64,000 nucleotides of DNA from an uncultured archaeon (GCA_964613955.1 CAZTJN010000001.1:97656-161655), one strand, 5' to 3'; shown: positions 9,457-19,467, counted from the stretch's first letter. Made by a program: numbers and translations. The notes: generated by a model from the sequence alone, not told the origin.

Positions 9457-10047
9457 TCAAAGAGTGCATCCAGTCGTGCTCTCAATCCAGTCCAGTGATT
9501 TCAGGCCTGTGTATATTTTGTTGTCGTAAACGATGGATGGTACCTCTTTCACCCCCAGCTGTTCGCATGCCTGCAGGTTCGCTCCTGTGCAGTCCACGTA
9601 AACCTTGTTGGCATAGTTTCCTATTGCCAGCAACTGCTGCAGCGTATTGGGTTCGCTCTTTTGACCAAGAACGATGAACCCTTTTGAGCGCAGACATTCA
9701 GCGAACTTCTTCTCTTTCTCGAGCCTAGCGAGGGTTCCGGAAACCTCCATTATGTTCTCTGAGAGAAACCTTCCGTCTTTCGTTGCGTAGAGCTCCTTTA
9801 TAACATCCCCGTCTCTCAGTTTCAACCTTACCAAAAGCTTGTAGACATACCCCTCGTCCTTGACGTTGAGAACCTCCACATCACTTTCCGTTAACATTTT
9901 GTAAACATTTTCCACGCTGTCCACAACCTGTTTTTGTGACCCGAGCGTGATAGTGTTCTGCAGAAGCATAAATGCGAGTATGATGACCAGAACCAATATT
10001 ATCCCTATGTAGACCAAATCCTTTTTCACAATCTTCTTTGGGGCCAT
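9457..10047 (-). CDS. Membrane-anchored thioredoxin-fold protein lacking CxxC
   Basis: YATKDGRFL (DsbC-N-like), FAECLRSKG..YVDC..C..VKEVPS..TGC pattern of VKOR-associated Trx domains; WCPHC position reads SEPNT. Confidence 0.65.
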   Translation of the reverse strand: MAPKKIVKKDLVYIGIILVLVIILAFMLLQNTITLGSQKQVVDSVENVYKMLTESDVEVLNVKDEGYVYKLLVRLKLRDGDVIKELYATKDGRFLSENIMEVSGTLARLEKEKKFAECLRSKGFIVLGQKSEPNTLQQLLAIGNYANKVYVDCTGANLQACEQLGVKEVPSIVYDNKIYTGLKSLDWIESTTGCTL

Positions 10048-10128
10048 ACAATAGAAATGGAAGCAGGATATAAAAAATTATAGTGGAGAGGGTGAAAAAG
10101 AAGGAAAAGGCACGGCGGAAATCCCTTC

Positions 10129-12666
10129 TTAGCCTAACCTTATGATAACGTCCCCGCCGTCGCTCTGCAGCCGCAGGTCGCTGGAGTCCCTGCATATATC
10201 AACTCCTGATCCGCAACCGCCGTTTGCGTCAAGGTTGATATCCCCGCCGCTCACCGTCAGGTCACCATCCATCTGCACATTTCCGTTGTCCAGATCAACA
10301 TTTGCCCTGTCCGTTCCGCTGCCAGTGAATTCAATTGTGTTCGCTCCCGTGTCCCAGTAGATGCCCCAGTTGGTCGCTGTTTTAAGCCAGAAGGCGCTCG
10401 CATCGTTGAAATTCACGCCGCCATTGTTGTTGTTAATGCTCACATCACCTCCGTTTACTGTCAGGTCAGCAGCGAGCGTCAAACCCCCGCCTGTTGTGAA
10501 GTCAGTTCCTCCATTTCCAATGTTCGTTATCAGGTTGTTGTTCATGTCTATGTCCTGGCTCATTTGGTTTTGTCCTCCGGAAAGATGAAGTGAGAATGGG
10601 TCTGATTCACTCCCCAAACCAGAATCTGCCGCGCAGTACCAGTACGAACCAGTCGATTCCCACTTGAGTATCTGTCCGTCAGAACAACTCTGGTTCAGAA
10701 CAACCGTGTCCGAGCTTATCTCTATGCCGTTCCCTGTCTTCACATAAAGCGCACCAGAACTCAGCCCTAAACCATTTCCTGCAACACTCGAATCCAGCTC
10801 TGTCCCTGTTGCAGTCACAGCACCCGAATCAAGCTCATCAGCACCTACAGCACCCGTGCTTATATCATCCGAGCCAACCTCGTTCCCACCGTCATTGATA
10901 AATCTCGTATCTGCCTGACTCCTCGTAAGCAAGTCATTCGCATTGTCGTTGTTCAGATAACCTTCAGCAGACAAATCAGAATACGCGCTGTACCTGCCCG
11001 TGCTCAGGGTCCCGGATGTTATGTTGGATGCATCATGCGTGTGCGTGTCGGCAAGGCTTGACTTGGCAATCCATGTGGGGTCTGCGCCCGAACCCTGGCT
11101 TTCCAGCACGTCACCGCTGTTCCCTGCAGCCAAATCATTTATCGTGCTCGCTCCTGTCCAGTAAGCCAGCCTGTGGTTCGTCCCGGTTCCTGACACTGAA
11201 CCGCCAGAGTTCTCATCAGCAGCACAGTACCAGTACGACCCTGTCGATTCCCACTTAAGTATCTCCCCGTCCGAACAGCTCTGGTTCAGAACAACCGTAT
11301 CCGAACTTATCTCTATGCCGTTACCGACGTTCACCGACAAGGCAGAACTTCCTCCTCCTCCGAGCCCTGCGCCGGCGTAAGCCGAGCTGAGCGCGTCGCT
11401 GGTCAGGTCAACCGAGTTCGCAGCCAGGTCCGTATTTCCCACACAGTCCGTGCACCCTGACTGCCATTCTGCTATGCTTTCTACTGCGTCTTGGGTTGCC
11501 GTGTAAGTTTCGCTCCCGCATGATATCGCTCCTCCGTCAGCAATGCTCTGCACGAAGTTCGCTCCTGAACAACTTCCTGTTACATCCTCCTGATACTTTG
11601 CCGAAAGCGTGGAGCCTCCCTCATAAATCGTACCGGTCGCGTTTATGTCACCCACAACATCCAGTTCCTGCTGTGGAGTTGCCGTCCCGATGCCGACGTT
11701 CGCGTTCAGTATGTTAACCTCGTCCGTTGCTTGGTTGTCAAACTCTATCCTCCCTGCAGATGAGCCAAGGCCAATCCAGTCATCGTCCGTCACAGTAAGC
11801 GAAGTCTGGACCGTCGGCGTTGTCAGTGTCGGCGAGGTCGAGAAAACCACATTCCCTGTTCCAGTCCTTGCCGTGTAGTTAGCAGTCCACCTCGGGTCGC
11901 TCTCGCTCCCCAAACCAGAATCTGCCGCACAGTACCAGTACGACCCTGTCGATTCCCACTTAAGTATCTGTCCATCAGAACAGCTCTGGTTCAGAACAAC
12001 CGTGTCCGAACTTATCTCTATGCCGTTCCCTGTCTTTACACTCAGTATACCCTGCGAGTATCCAAGACCATTCCCAGCGGACGTGCTCGAAAGGTTCACT
12101 CTTGGTTGCGGACCGGCAGAATTCGTGACAGTTATTCCCCATCCGGCAAGCACATCCGTGACATCTCCGGTCCCAACTCCCATATTACTCAGACACTTCC
12201 CGCCTTGTATACACAAGTCAGTTGTGGAGTTTATTGTGCCTGTAGCGTTTATGTTACCGACCACGTCCAGCTCTTGATATGGAGTTTCTGTTCCTATGCC
12301 TATTTTTCCGCTTATCGAATCCACATACAGCGTATCCGTGTTCACTATAAGGAAGCTGTTGATTGTCAGATTGTTAGGGAACACGTAATTTCCGGACTCG
12401 AACGTTCCTGCCGATATCGAGGACGCCGGATGGCCCGGATTGGCAGGGGAGGCGTGAACTGTTGTCACCAGGGAGGTGAAACAAGTGATCAAAACAATCG
12501 ATAGAGCTACCGCTAAGCAAGGTCGCGTTCTGGGCTTCGCCATTTTACCCAAACCGACTAATGTCGAGCCGATTTTCCTGGAGTTACTAACGAAGGTATA
12601 TGCGTTCCTTAACGAACGCAGGGCCACCTCCAGTATGGCGAAGATTACGGTTGCAAACCAGTTCAT
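10129..12666 (-). CDS. Secreted tail-fibre-like (trimeric adhesin-like) repeat protein
   Basis: Strong RBS GGAGGTGA upstream; two GIGTxTPxQELDVVGxINATG repeats; three Cys-containing knob repeats; Gly/Ser/Thr rich; no S74 chaperone domain visible. Confidence 0.8.
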   Translation of the reverse strand: MNWFATVIFAILEVALRSLRNAYTFVSNSRKIGSTLVGLGKMAKPRTRPCLAVALSIVLITCFTSLVTTVHASPANPGHPASSISAGTFESGNYVFPNNLTINSFLIVNTDTLYVDSISGKIGIGTETPYQELDVVGNINATGTINSTTDLCIQGGKCLSNMGVGTGDVTDVLAGWGITVTNSAGPQPRVNLSSTSAGNGLGYSQGILSVKTGNGIEISSDTVVLNQSCSDGQILKWESTGSYWYCAADSGLGSESDPRWTANYTARTGTGNVVFSTSPTLTTPTVQTSLTVTDDDWIGLGSSAGRIEFDNQATDEVNILNANVGIGTATPQQELDVVGDINATGTIYEGGSTLSAKYQEDVTGSCSGANFVQSIADGGAISCGSETYTATQDAVESIAEWQSGCTDCVGNTDLAANSVDLTSDALSSAYAGAGLGGGGSSALSVNVGNGIEISSDTVVLNQSCSDGEILKWESTGSYWYCAADENSGGSVSGTGTNHRLAYWTGASTINDLAAGNSGDVLESQGSGADPTWIAKSSLADTHTHDASNITSGTLSTGRYSAYSDLSAEGYLNNDNANDLLTRSQADTRFINDGGNEVGSDDISTGAVGADELDSGAVTATGTELDSSVAGNGLGLSSGALYVKTGNGIEISSDTVVLNQSCSDGQILKWESTGSYWYCAADSGLGSESDPFSLHLSGGQNQMSQDIDMNNNLITNIGNGGTDFTTGGGLTLAADLTVNGGDVSINNNNGGVNFNDASAFWLKTATNWGIYWDTGANTIEFTGSGTDRANVDLDNGNVQMDGDLTVSGGDINLDANGGCGSGVDICRDSSDLRLQSDGGDVIIRLG
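10610..12040 (-). repeat. Three intragenic direct repeats (~10610-10743, ~11215-11325, ~11905-12040)
   Basis: Encode GNGIEISSDTVVLNQSCSDG[QE]ILKWESTGSYWYCAAD; outer copies identical over 49 aa. Confidence 0.95.
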
Positions 12667-12712
12667 TTTTCTTCACCTCCCTTTTGTGACTTATTGGTCA
12701 CCATGATAACAC

Positions 12713-15700
12713 CTAAAAGTCCGAATTGTAATGCAAAACCCCCTTGAAGTACATGTTTCCTGTCGCAGAGTCTATGTATCCAACAACATTACCTCCCGAG
12801 TCCTGAACTATGAAATCATCATTTCCTGACGGAGTTGGACTGCCATTCTTGTAGAAATACCCCTTTGCAGCTAGGTTACCGGAACTGTCTATATACAGCA
12901 TCACACTCCCTCCCGAGTCCTTTAAGATAAAGCTGTTTGCAGGTGGGGACAGGGATGACTGCGCAGGTGAATAGCTTCCTTTCACATCCACGTACCCAAA
13001 TTTATCAAACCTGGCCTTCACAGAACCAGTTGAGTTTTGTATGAGCAAACATTTGTTCGTTGCATCGCATGTCGTTCCATGACCTCCGTCAATAGAATCA
13101 TCATTAACAACAAGCACGCTTGAATTCTTTGTGATTCCATCATCCACGCCATCGCTTGGCGTGACCTCGCATCTCCACTGATCGCCTATGTCGGTCTCCT
13201 GGCTGACCATGGTGGATTTATAGGAATAGCCGTCCTTGCTGTCCTGGTAAAGAGCATTAACCTGCTCAGGTGAAAGCGAGTAATTATATATGCGGACCTG
13301 ATCGATTGAGCCGTTGAAATAATTCTGTGCTACACCAATCTGCATGTCACTAGTGCCCTGCCAGTTAATTCCTGATGAGTTTGTCAGGTTATCAAGTTCT
13401 TGACCATTCACATAGAGCCTAGCGATTTGACCATCATAAGTGAATGCGACATGAACAAACTCATTAATAGGAAACTTATAAGATGAACCCCAAAGACTCT
13501 GCGGGGTTGAGCCTCCAAAGTTAATCTGAACCCGAGGATAATTATTATAATCCAGTAGTCTCCACCCACTAGAGTAACCATCCCCTTTCGCACTTTTAAC
13601 AATCCCATTCCAACCTGTTACGGATGTATTTTCATACGTTTTAACCCATAAGGATAGTGTAATATTTTCTGGAGCCAAGGAAATATCATTACCTACATCG
13701 ACATAGGCATTCACACCATCAAACTCGTAAGCCCCGCCAACCTTCCCGGAGGATGTCCAATTTGGTCCGTACAGTATGCCATTATTGGCATAACCCGAAT
13801 AATCCTTGGTTCCATTCGTGACCTTCGTATCAAACGGCATATTCAGAACCATTATTGATTTGTTGTTCTTGTACCAGTTGTAAATGTTTGTGACAGAATC
13901 CCCATCTTCATCATAAGTCGACTGATTCCAGCACGTTATGTTGTCACTGGTCATATTGTAACCGGATGTGCTGTTAATGAGCGGGTCTGAATGAGTGGGT
14001 TTTGCATTTACCTGGCAGGTTAGACTGCAGGAAATCGTGGCGTTACTGAACCCCGGCGGGTGCTCGTCGCACTGCGGGGAAGCGCCGCATTTCTGTTCGC
14101 AAAGATCATTTCCTGTCGCCCCCTCCCTCTGCGTCTTGTTGTTCGTCCAGCACCTCACGCACTTTCCATCCTCATCATCCTTGCCCGGATACTCGCTCGT
14201 TGTCCCTCCAGTCGGGCAGCAGTCAGAGTCCGCTATTGCAGAATAGCTCATCGGAACGCAAAGGGTCTGTGTGGTTGTGCAGGAACCTTCATTGCTGTTC
14301 GGATCCTCTGTGTCATTAATCTGGCCAGACCCGCACTCTTCTTCTCCTATCTCTAGGTAATATGTGGTCTCATCGTCAGGTTTTGTTGCGAATTCAGACC
14401 AGTCCATTGTTATTTCATAGTAATCCCCGTAAGTCCCTTCGTTTGAATCCGTGTCGTTGCACCAGTTCCTTAGGCCAGTGTCATAAAAGCATCCGTTTGT
14501 TCCGTAATTACAAGCCCCTGTTCCCGAGCCATCATCATCTATTCTCCATCTGTGGTGTCCTGAATTTGAATAGGTATCAGGAGTTTCGTCTGCCACATCC
14601 CATCTTATGGTCAACGTTTTGAACTGATCCGAACTGCCCGACTGGGTAAGATAACACTGGCCTATGTGTGGCCCGTTCCATGACTGGTTCAAGCACTGAT
14701 ATCCCTGATCCTGATTACTTGGACCATTTCCGTGGTCATTCCATATGGCATTTCCAACACAGCTTTCTTTGTCGTAGGTAGTTCCGGCCTCGCCCGAACC
14801 GTACGGATATTCAGTTCCTATGCCATCACAGTCGTCAGGTGTCAGGGGTTGACCTATCTGCTGCTTCCACGTGTTCGCTCCAGTTCCAGCACCGTCACAG
14901 TAGTAACCCACGCGTCTCGTGCACGAACTGTCTTGAGTGGCGACTCCTCCCAGATTCCCGTTACATCCGTAAATTTCCCCGTCGATGCACAAGTACTGGT
15001 TGCTCGAATCCGTGGTTCCATTTGTAACGGTCTCGCCGTTTATGCAGCAACTGTTGCCAGAACCTGAATTTTCGAAATCATCATTTGCTCCATCATCCCC
15101 GCAGCACTTGGAGTAAGAGCCTGTCCCACTGGAAAGCCAAGTATTCCCATCTAGTTCACAAGATGTTTGGTCACTATCCTGGGCATACCATAATGAAGAC
15201 AGGCAAACCTCATTGTCTGAACCATCACCACCACCTGTGTCTCTTATAGTTCCGTTGTCATAACAGCCATCCTGATTTGTTGTGTTACTTCCTGGTAGAG
15301 AGTCATCTACACAGTCAGTGGAATTCGGACAACAGCCTATACTTCCTGTCCCATCAGCACCACTACCTGCCTCGGAAATGTAGTAGCCGTACAACACATA
15401 GCCAAAACCTGTATCCCATTCCCTTATTTCAAGCTGATGGAAGTTTGCGGTGTCAGACGCATTATATATGTAATTATATCTCCATTCGTCATTTCCGCTG
15501 GCGGGAGTCGAACTGTTCACATTTGTGTTATGCTCGGTTGTGGTTACAATAGCATTCACATTCCCATCGGCATCATATACATTATACCTCAAACAAAGGT
15601 CTCCATCCGGGTTGCTTGGAGTTGTGTAACCATGGTCACCGCATTTCCCGTTACCTGAAGAATCACCGCTCCAGTAAGCACCTTGGGAATAATTGATGGT

Positions 15701-17932
15701 CATTAACACCCCCAAAGACAAACTTTCAACATCCCTGCACTGGTAAGTGTAAGAACAGCTGCCTTGATTATTATTGATCTGTTCTGAAACACAAATCTTA
15801 TTTGAGCCGCACTCTGAATCAGTGTCACAGCATGGGTTTCCATCTCTGCAACTCTGATAACTAAGGCACTCGGATGTTGTGCAGGCAGTACAAGACCCTC
15901 CAATACAATAGTTGTTACTGCCACAGTTATTGGTGTTCCAGTCACCTGAATTACAAATCCATGAATAGGCATCATCAGAAGAACTTCCATTGTCATAACA
16001 ATCAGGGGCATTCGCACCATTGGTGTATGCACTACCATCATGCATACAATTCCCGGCATTGGCACACCAGCATTCATCTCCGGAATCACAATTACCGTCA
16101 GCATTGCTACTTCCGTCATAGTCATCCCTACAGTATCCGGAAGAACAGACTCCATTTGATTCAGAAGAACTGTCTGTGTTTGTCACAGAGAAATCACAAG
16201 TCCCTCCCTGTGATTTTTGAGCTTGGCATAATGTAGAAGCATTACAGAAGAAACCTGACGGGCAATCGCTGTTCTGTGTACAAGCCAATGTGCAGTCATT
16301 AGAAGAAGTATTGCAGTGATATCCTGAAGCCGTGTCACACTGTGAATCAGTATTGCAATCATACCATGTCCCTGCGTTACAGTAATCGCTGTCCCCGTCG
16401 TTGTCTACATCCTTATTCGTATCGCCGTTGGATGCGTAGCAGTTCCCGCCTTGATCCGCAGGGTTATAACAATCTTGCATTGCTTCATCCCAATCGTTAT
16501 CAAATGGACACCCATCTGTTGGAATACAGACATCCCAACTATCGCAGGTGTTGCAGATACAACCATCCGCATTATCGCACACGCCTGCTCCTGCTGTCCC
16601 TGCGTATTCTGTGTCCTGCATGCAGTTCCCTGAAACACATGCAGTTTCTAGGTCGCAGTCGGAATACCCGTTGTATCTTTTGTAAATGCAGTCATTGCTT
16701 GTGCAGGCTTCACTGCAGTCTGTGCTGCCATAGCATGCATCACTGGTTTCTCCCTCTGCATACTCACCTGCCGGATCGCAGTGGCTCGTGTCTGTGCAGT
16801 CTATCCATGTACTTGATGAACATACGTCATCGTCTCCGTTGCTATCAACATCTTTTGTCCCGGAAGTTGCATAGCACGTGTCAGCATCAACGCAATCCGT
16901 CGAAGGATTGCAGCAGGCATCTGTGGATGCTGGTGGGTTTTCAATAGATGCTCCATAAGAACCAGTCAAGTAATTCTCCCCGCTGTCATCCCCACAACAA
17001 TTTGCGCTCGTTCCTGTATCGAAACCGAAACCCCGCGTTGGACCCCAGCAACTCCCTCCGCTACAACCTGTTGTTCCTTGTTTACAATTACACCAATTCT
17101 CATCTGTATCCCAGTTCACGGTATAAAGGCTGGGAAGAGTTGTGTTAATGGTCTCGTTTTCATAGGCCGAGCATGTCTGGTCACCACCGGCTGCATATGC
17201 TGTTACGTTCGCTACGTATGTCCCTTCTGTCGGGCAGAATGTGTAACCCAAATCATAAGTCCACGTTTCGTTCACCACGTAAGGGCTGCTGCTACATGAT
17301 CCTTCAGAGCTTTGGTACGTCATCCCGTGGGGTCCAGAGTCGCCACCGCCCGAAGGGGCAGTCACGGTTACCCACATCTGGCTTACGTCACAGCAATGAC
17401 ATGGAGAAACATCCGTCCCCGTGCAGTCAGCCCAGTTCTCAGCGTATGCATCTTCCCCTAGGAACGAAAATTTCAGATAGTGATGGCCTGTTTCGAGAAT
17501 TCTCAGAACAAGCCTCGCTTTTTCGCTACACTCCCAGTCTCTCGCGATAATTTTTCCATTGGACACGCCTTCAAAAAATTCATTCTTACCGCTGTCAGAA
17601 AAATATTTTTCAGCCTTAACCTCTCGGTTTCCGCACTGAAGCCTGATGAATTCGATGCTCTTCCCGAAATACGTTTTTTCATATGCCTGTATTTCAAGGT
17701 CTCCCTTCCCCTCTGTCTCGAAATTCACTACCCACCGGCCCCATAAAGTGGGACTGGAAACAGGGTTGAGGATTTTTATATGTGTGCTTCCGGAGGGAAG
17801 TTCGGGTTTGGGGAATATCATGTTGAGAAGCATTTCCAGAATAGTCGTCTGCTCCGCTTTTACCCCTATCGGAAAGACTGACAAGACCAGGCAAACTGTC
17901 AGCACCACCGATACCACGACCTTCCTATTCAT
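12713..17932 (-). CDS. Giant Cys/Asp-rich secreted surface protein with LamG (concanavalin-like) domain
   Basis: Signal peptide; long Cys-rich region with CCGDD and DxDxDGD motifs; KDYSGYANNG..GAYEFDG..HVAFTYDG..FNGSIDQVRIYNYSLS LamG; triple C-terminal beta repeat. Confidence 0.88.
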   Translation of the reverse strand: MNRKVVVSVVLTVCLVLSVFPIGVKAEQTTILEMLLNMIFPKPELPSGSTHIKILNPVSSPTLWGRWVVNFETEGKGDLEIQAYEKTYFGKSIEFIRLQCGNREVKAEKYFSDSGKNEFFEGVSNGKIIARDWECSEKARLVLRILETGHHYLKFSFLGEDAYAENWADCTGTDVSPCHCCDVSQMWVTVTAPSGGGDSGPHGMTYQSSEGSCSSSPYVVNETWTYDLGYTFCPTEGTYVANVTAYAAGGDQTCSAYENETINTTLPSLYTVNWDTDENWCNCKQGTTGCSGGSCWGPTRGFGFDTGTSANCCGDDSGENYLTGSYGASIENPPASTDACCNPSTDCVDADTCYATSGTKDVDSNGDDDVCSSSTWIDCTDTSHCDPAGEYAEGETSDACYGSTDCSEACTSNDCIYKRYNGYSDCDLETACVSGNCMQDTEYAGTAGAGVCDNADGCICNTCDSWDVCIPTDGCPFDNDWDEAMQDCYNPADQGGNCYASNGDTNKDVDNDGDSDYCNAGTWYDCNTDSQCDTASGYHCNTSSNDCTLACTQNSDCPSGFFCNASTLCQAQKSQGGTCDFSVTNTDSSSESNGVCSSGYCRDDYDGSSNADGNCDSGDECWCANAGNCMHDGSAYTNGANAPDCYDNGSSSDDAYSWICNSGDWNTNNCGSNNYCIGGSCTACTTSECLSYQSCRDGNPCCDTDSECGSNKICVSEQINNNQGSCSYTYQCRDVESLSLGVLMTINYSQGAYWSGDSSGNGKCGDHGYTTPSNPDGDLCLRYNVYDADGNVNAIVTTTEHNTNVNSSTPASGNDEWRYNYIYNASDTANFHQLEIREWDTGFGYVLYGYYISEAGSGADGTGSIGCCPNSTDCVDDSLPGSNTTNQDGCYDNGTIRDTGGGDGSDNEVCLSSLWYAQDSDQTSCELDGNTWLSSGTGSYSKCCGDDGANDDFENSGSGNSCCINGETVTNGTTDSSNQYLCIDGEIYGCNGNLGGVATQDSSCTRRVGYYCDGAGTGANTWKQQIGQPLTPDDCDGIGTEYPYGSGEAGTTYDKESCVGNAIWNDHGNGPSNQDQGYQCLNQSWNGPHIGQCYLTQSGSSDQFKTLTIRWDVADETPDTYSNSGHHRWRIDDDGSGTGACNYGTNGCFYDTGLRNWCNDTDSNEGTYGDYYEITMDWSEFATKPDDETTYYLEIGEEECGSGQINDTEDPNSNEGSCTTTQTLCVPMSYSAIADSDCCPTGGTTSEYPGKDDEDGKCVRCWTNNKTQREGATGNDLCEQKCGASPQCDEHPPGFSNATISCSLTCQVNAKPTHSDPLINSTSGYNMTSDNITCWNQSTYDEDGDSVTNIYNWYKNNKSIMVLNMPFDTKVTNGTKDYSGYANNGILYGPNWTSSGKVGGAYEFDGVNAYVDVGNDISLAPENITLSLWVKTYENTSVTGWNGIVKSAKGDGYSSGWRLLDYNNYPRVQINFGGSTPQSLWGSSYKFPINEFVHVAFTYDGQIARLYVNGQELDNLTNSSGINWQGTSDMQIGVAQNYFNGSIDQVRIYNYSLSPEQVNALYQDSKDGYSYKSTMVSQETDIGDQWRCEVTPSDGVDDGITKNSSVLVVNDDSIDGGHGTTCDATNKCLLIQNSTGSVKARFDKFGYVDVKGSYSPAQSSLSPPANSFILKDSGGSVMLYIDSSGNLAAKGYFYKNGSPTPSGNDDFIVQDSGGNVVGYIDSATGNMYFKGVLHYNSDF

Positions 17933-18188
17933 TTCCGCCCTCCGTTAGGTAATTCCCGTTTACGAGTTTCGGGATCTCAAAGGCTTCCTGCTTTCTTGCA
18001 AACGAATAGAGCTTCGCTTTTCCCACGTCCCTCCTTTTCACATGACCCTTCGCCTCAAGAACCGCAAGATATTTGGAAGCCGTCACTCTGTGTATTCTCG
18101 CTTTCTCGGCTATCTCCAGAATAGTCAGAGAAATATCGGATTTTCTTAAAATGTCCAAAATCAGCTCCTCTAAAAAATCAGGACCCAT
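17925..18188 (-). CDS. Winged helix-turn-helix transcriptional regulator
   Basis: ILDILRK..LTILEIAEKARIHRVTASKYLAVLEAKGHV..VGKAKLY; overlaps start of the giant gene. Confidence 0.85.
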   Translation of the reverse strand: MGPDFLEELILDILRKSDISLTILEIAEKARIHRVTASKYLAVLEAKGHVKRRDVGKAKLYSFARKQEAFEIPKLVNGNYLTEGGNE

Positions 18189-18226
18189 CTACCCAACCCT
18201 TGGAAGGCAAAAAGCCTTAGACATCC

Positions 18227-18269
18227 ATGACTAACATTAATGTCAATTTTTTGACATTAATGACTAACA
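18227..18269. promoter_or_regulatory. Palindromic operator candidate
   Basis: Perfect 12-bp inverted repeat CATTAATGTCAA-tttt-TTGACATTAATG (18235-18262) flanked by direct repeat ATGACTAACA (18227-18236, 18260-18269). Confidence 0.7.
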
Positions 18270-18341
18270 CCTAGTTTATTAATTATTGGAAAAGATTCTA
18301 TAAATTGTTTATTGTTTAAAAATCAATTACGGAAAGATAAG

Positions 18342-19088
18342 ATGACTTCAAAGACAGCAAAAGTCAAAAAAAAATTCGTCTCCATCGTGATACCCACATA
18401 CAATGAGAGGGAAAACATACGAATGCTCGTACCCAGAATTTTCAGGGTGTTCAAAAGGGAAAGGATAAAAGGCGAGGTTATAATAGTTGATGACAACTCG
18501 CCTGACAGGACAGGGGAAATCGCGGAAAAACTGAAAAATAAGTATAGTTTGAAAGTCATCCACAGAGAAAAGAAAAGTGGCCTGTCCTCCGCTGTTCTAG
18601 AGGGCTTCCGGAAGGCCGACGGTGAAATAATTGGTGTCATGGATGCCGATCTTTCCCACCCGCCTGAATACATACCGGATTTCGTGAGGCCAATAATCAG
18701 AAAGGAGGCCGACCTTGTCATAGGAAGCAGACGCGTGAAGGGAGGCGGGATAAGGGGATGGCCTCTCTCGAGAATTATTATTTCAAGGTCTGCTGCCATG
18801 CTTGCGAAAGGTCTGACAAAAGCCAAAGATCCCATGTCAGGCTTCTTTTTCTTCAACAGAAAAATCATGAATTCCATTGAGCTCAAGCCAAGCGGTTACA
18901 AGATATGCCTAGAAATAATAGTCAAGGGAAAATACGACAAAATGAAAGAAATCCCTTATGTTTTTGTGAACAGGAAGGAAGGTAAAAGCAAGCTAGGTTT
19001 CATGGAAACTCTCAGGTATTTTTACCACCTTTTCAGGCTCTACTGGTATAAAAAAAGTCATAAGAAGCAGAAAGCCTTGCCTATTTAA
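18342..19088 (+). CDS. Polyprenol-phosphate mannose/glucose synthase-like GT2
   Basis: VSIVIPTYNERENI, VDDNSPDRTG, MDADLSHPP, DPMSGFF; ATG 18342 preferred over TTG 18312. Confidence 0.92.
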   Translation: MTSKTAKVKKKFVSIVIPTYNERENIRMLVPRIFRVFKRERIKGEVIIVDDNSPDRTGEIAEKLKNKYSLKVIHREKKSGLSSAVLEGFRKADGEIIGVMDADLSHPPEYIPDFVRPIIRKEADLVIGSRRVKGGGIRGWPLSRIIISRSAAMLAKGLTKAKDPMSGFFFFNRKIMNSIELKPSGYKICLEIIVKGKYDKMKEIPYVFVNRKEGKSKLGFMETLRYFYHLFRLYWYKKSHKKQKALPI

Positions 19089-19467
19089 TGCCCAGCCAGC
19101 TTTTTTTCATCTCAACGCTTTCACGGCACGAGCCTTTCAGGCCTTCTTCTATTATTCCCTTGCACATTGTCTCGTTCAGCAGGACCCTTGCGACACAGAA
19201 CGTCTTCACGTCAGGGTCGCCTATCATCTCGCATACATTAACATCCGAGTTCATTTCAGCAACGTCCGCAAGGCAGAAGTTCCTTTTCTCTGTTTTTTCG
19301 CAGTCCTGAATGCTGGGGTGTTCGGGATAGGTTGGGCTCAGATTTTCTGTCTGCTGGGCTTCTTGGGTTTCTCCTTCCTTATCAACAGGAGGTTTTTCAA
19401 TGGGCATGAATAGCACAATTAAAACAACAATTGCGATGGCTACGGCAACAAACACCCAGGTTTTCAT
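19081..19467 (-). CDS. Small membrane-anchored protein with Cys-spaced helical repeats
   Basis: TM then three C-x(2)-I/T-x(5-7)-C repeats. Confidence 0.7.
   Translation of the reverse strand: MKTWVFVAVAIAIVVLIVLFMPIEKPPVDKEGETQEAQQTENLSPTYPEHPSIQDCEKTEKRNFCLADVAEMNSDVNVCEMIGDPDVKTFCVARVLLNETMCKGIIEEGLKGSCRESVEMKKSWLGIK

Noticed and set aside
10097..10130. AAGAAGG..CCTTCTT inverted repeat as a structured RNA
   Set aside because: Short stem with a long loop; more simply a T-rich archaeal terminator region after the fibre gene
10610..12040. Near-identical repeats as DGR TR/VR or a CRISPR array
   Set aside because: Differences are synonymous rather than adenine-specific; repeats are in-frame coding and irregularly spaced; no RT or cas gene present
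10129..12666. Prophage or provirus because of tail-fibre-like motifs
   Set aside because: No capsid, terminase, integrase or att sites; the protein has an export-like segment and cellular context
18251..18256. TTGACA as a bacterial sigma70 -35 box
   Set aside because: It is one arm of a palindrome, and the gene content and promoters look archaeal
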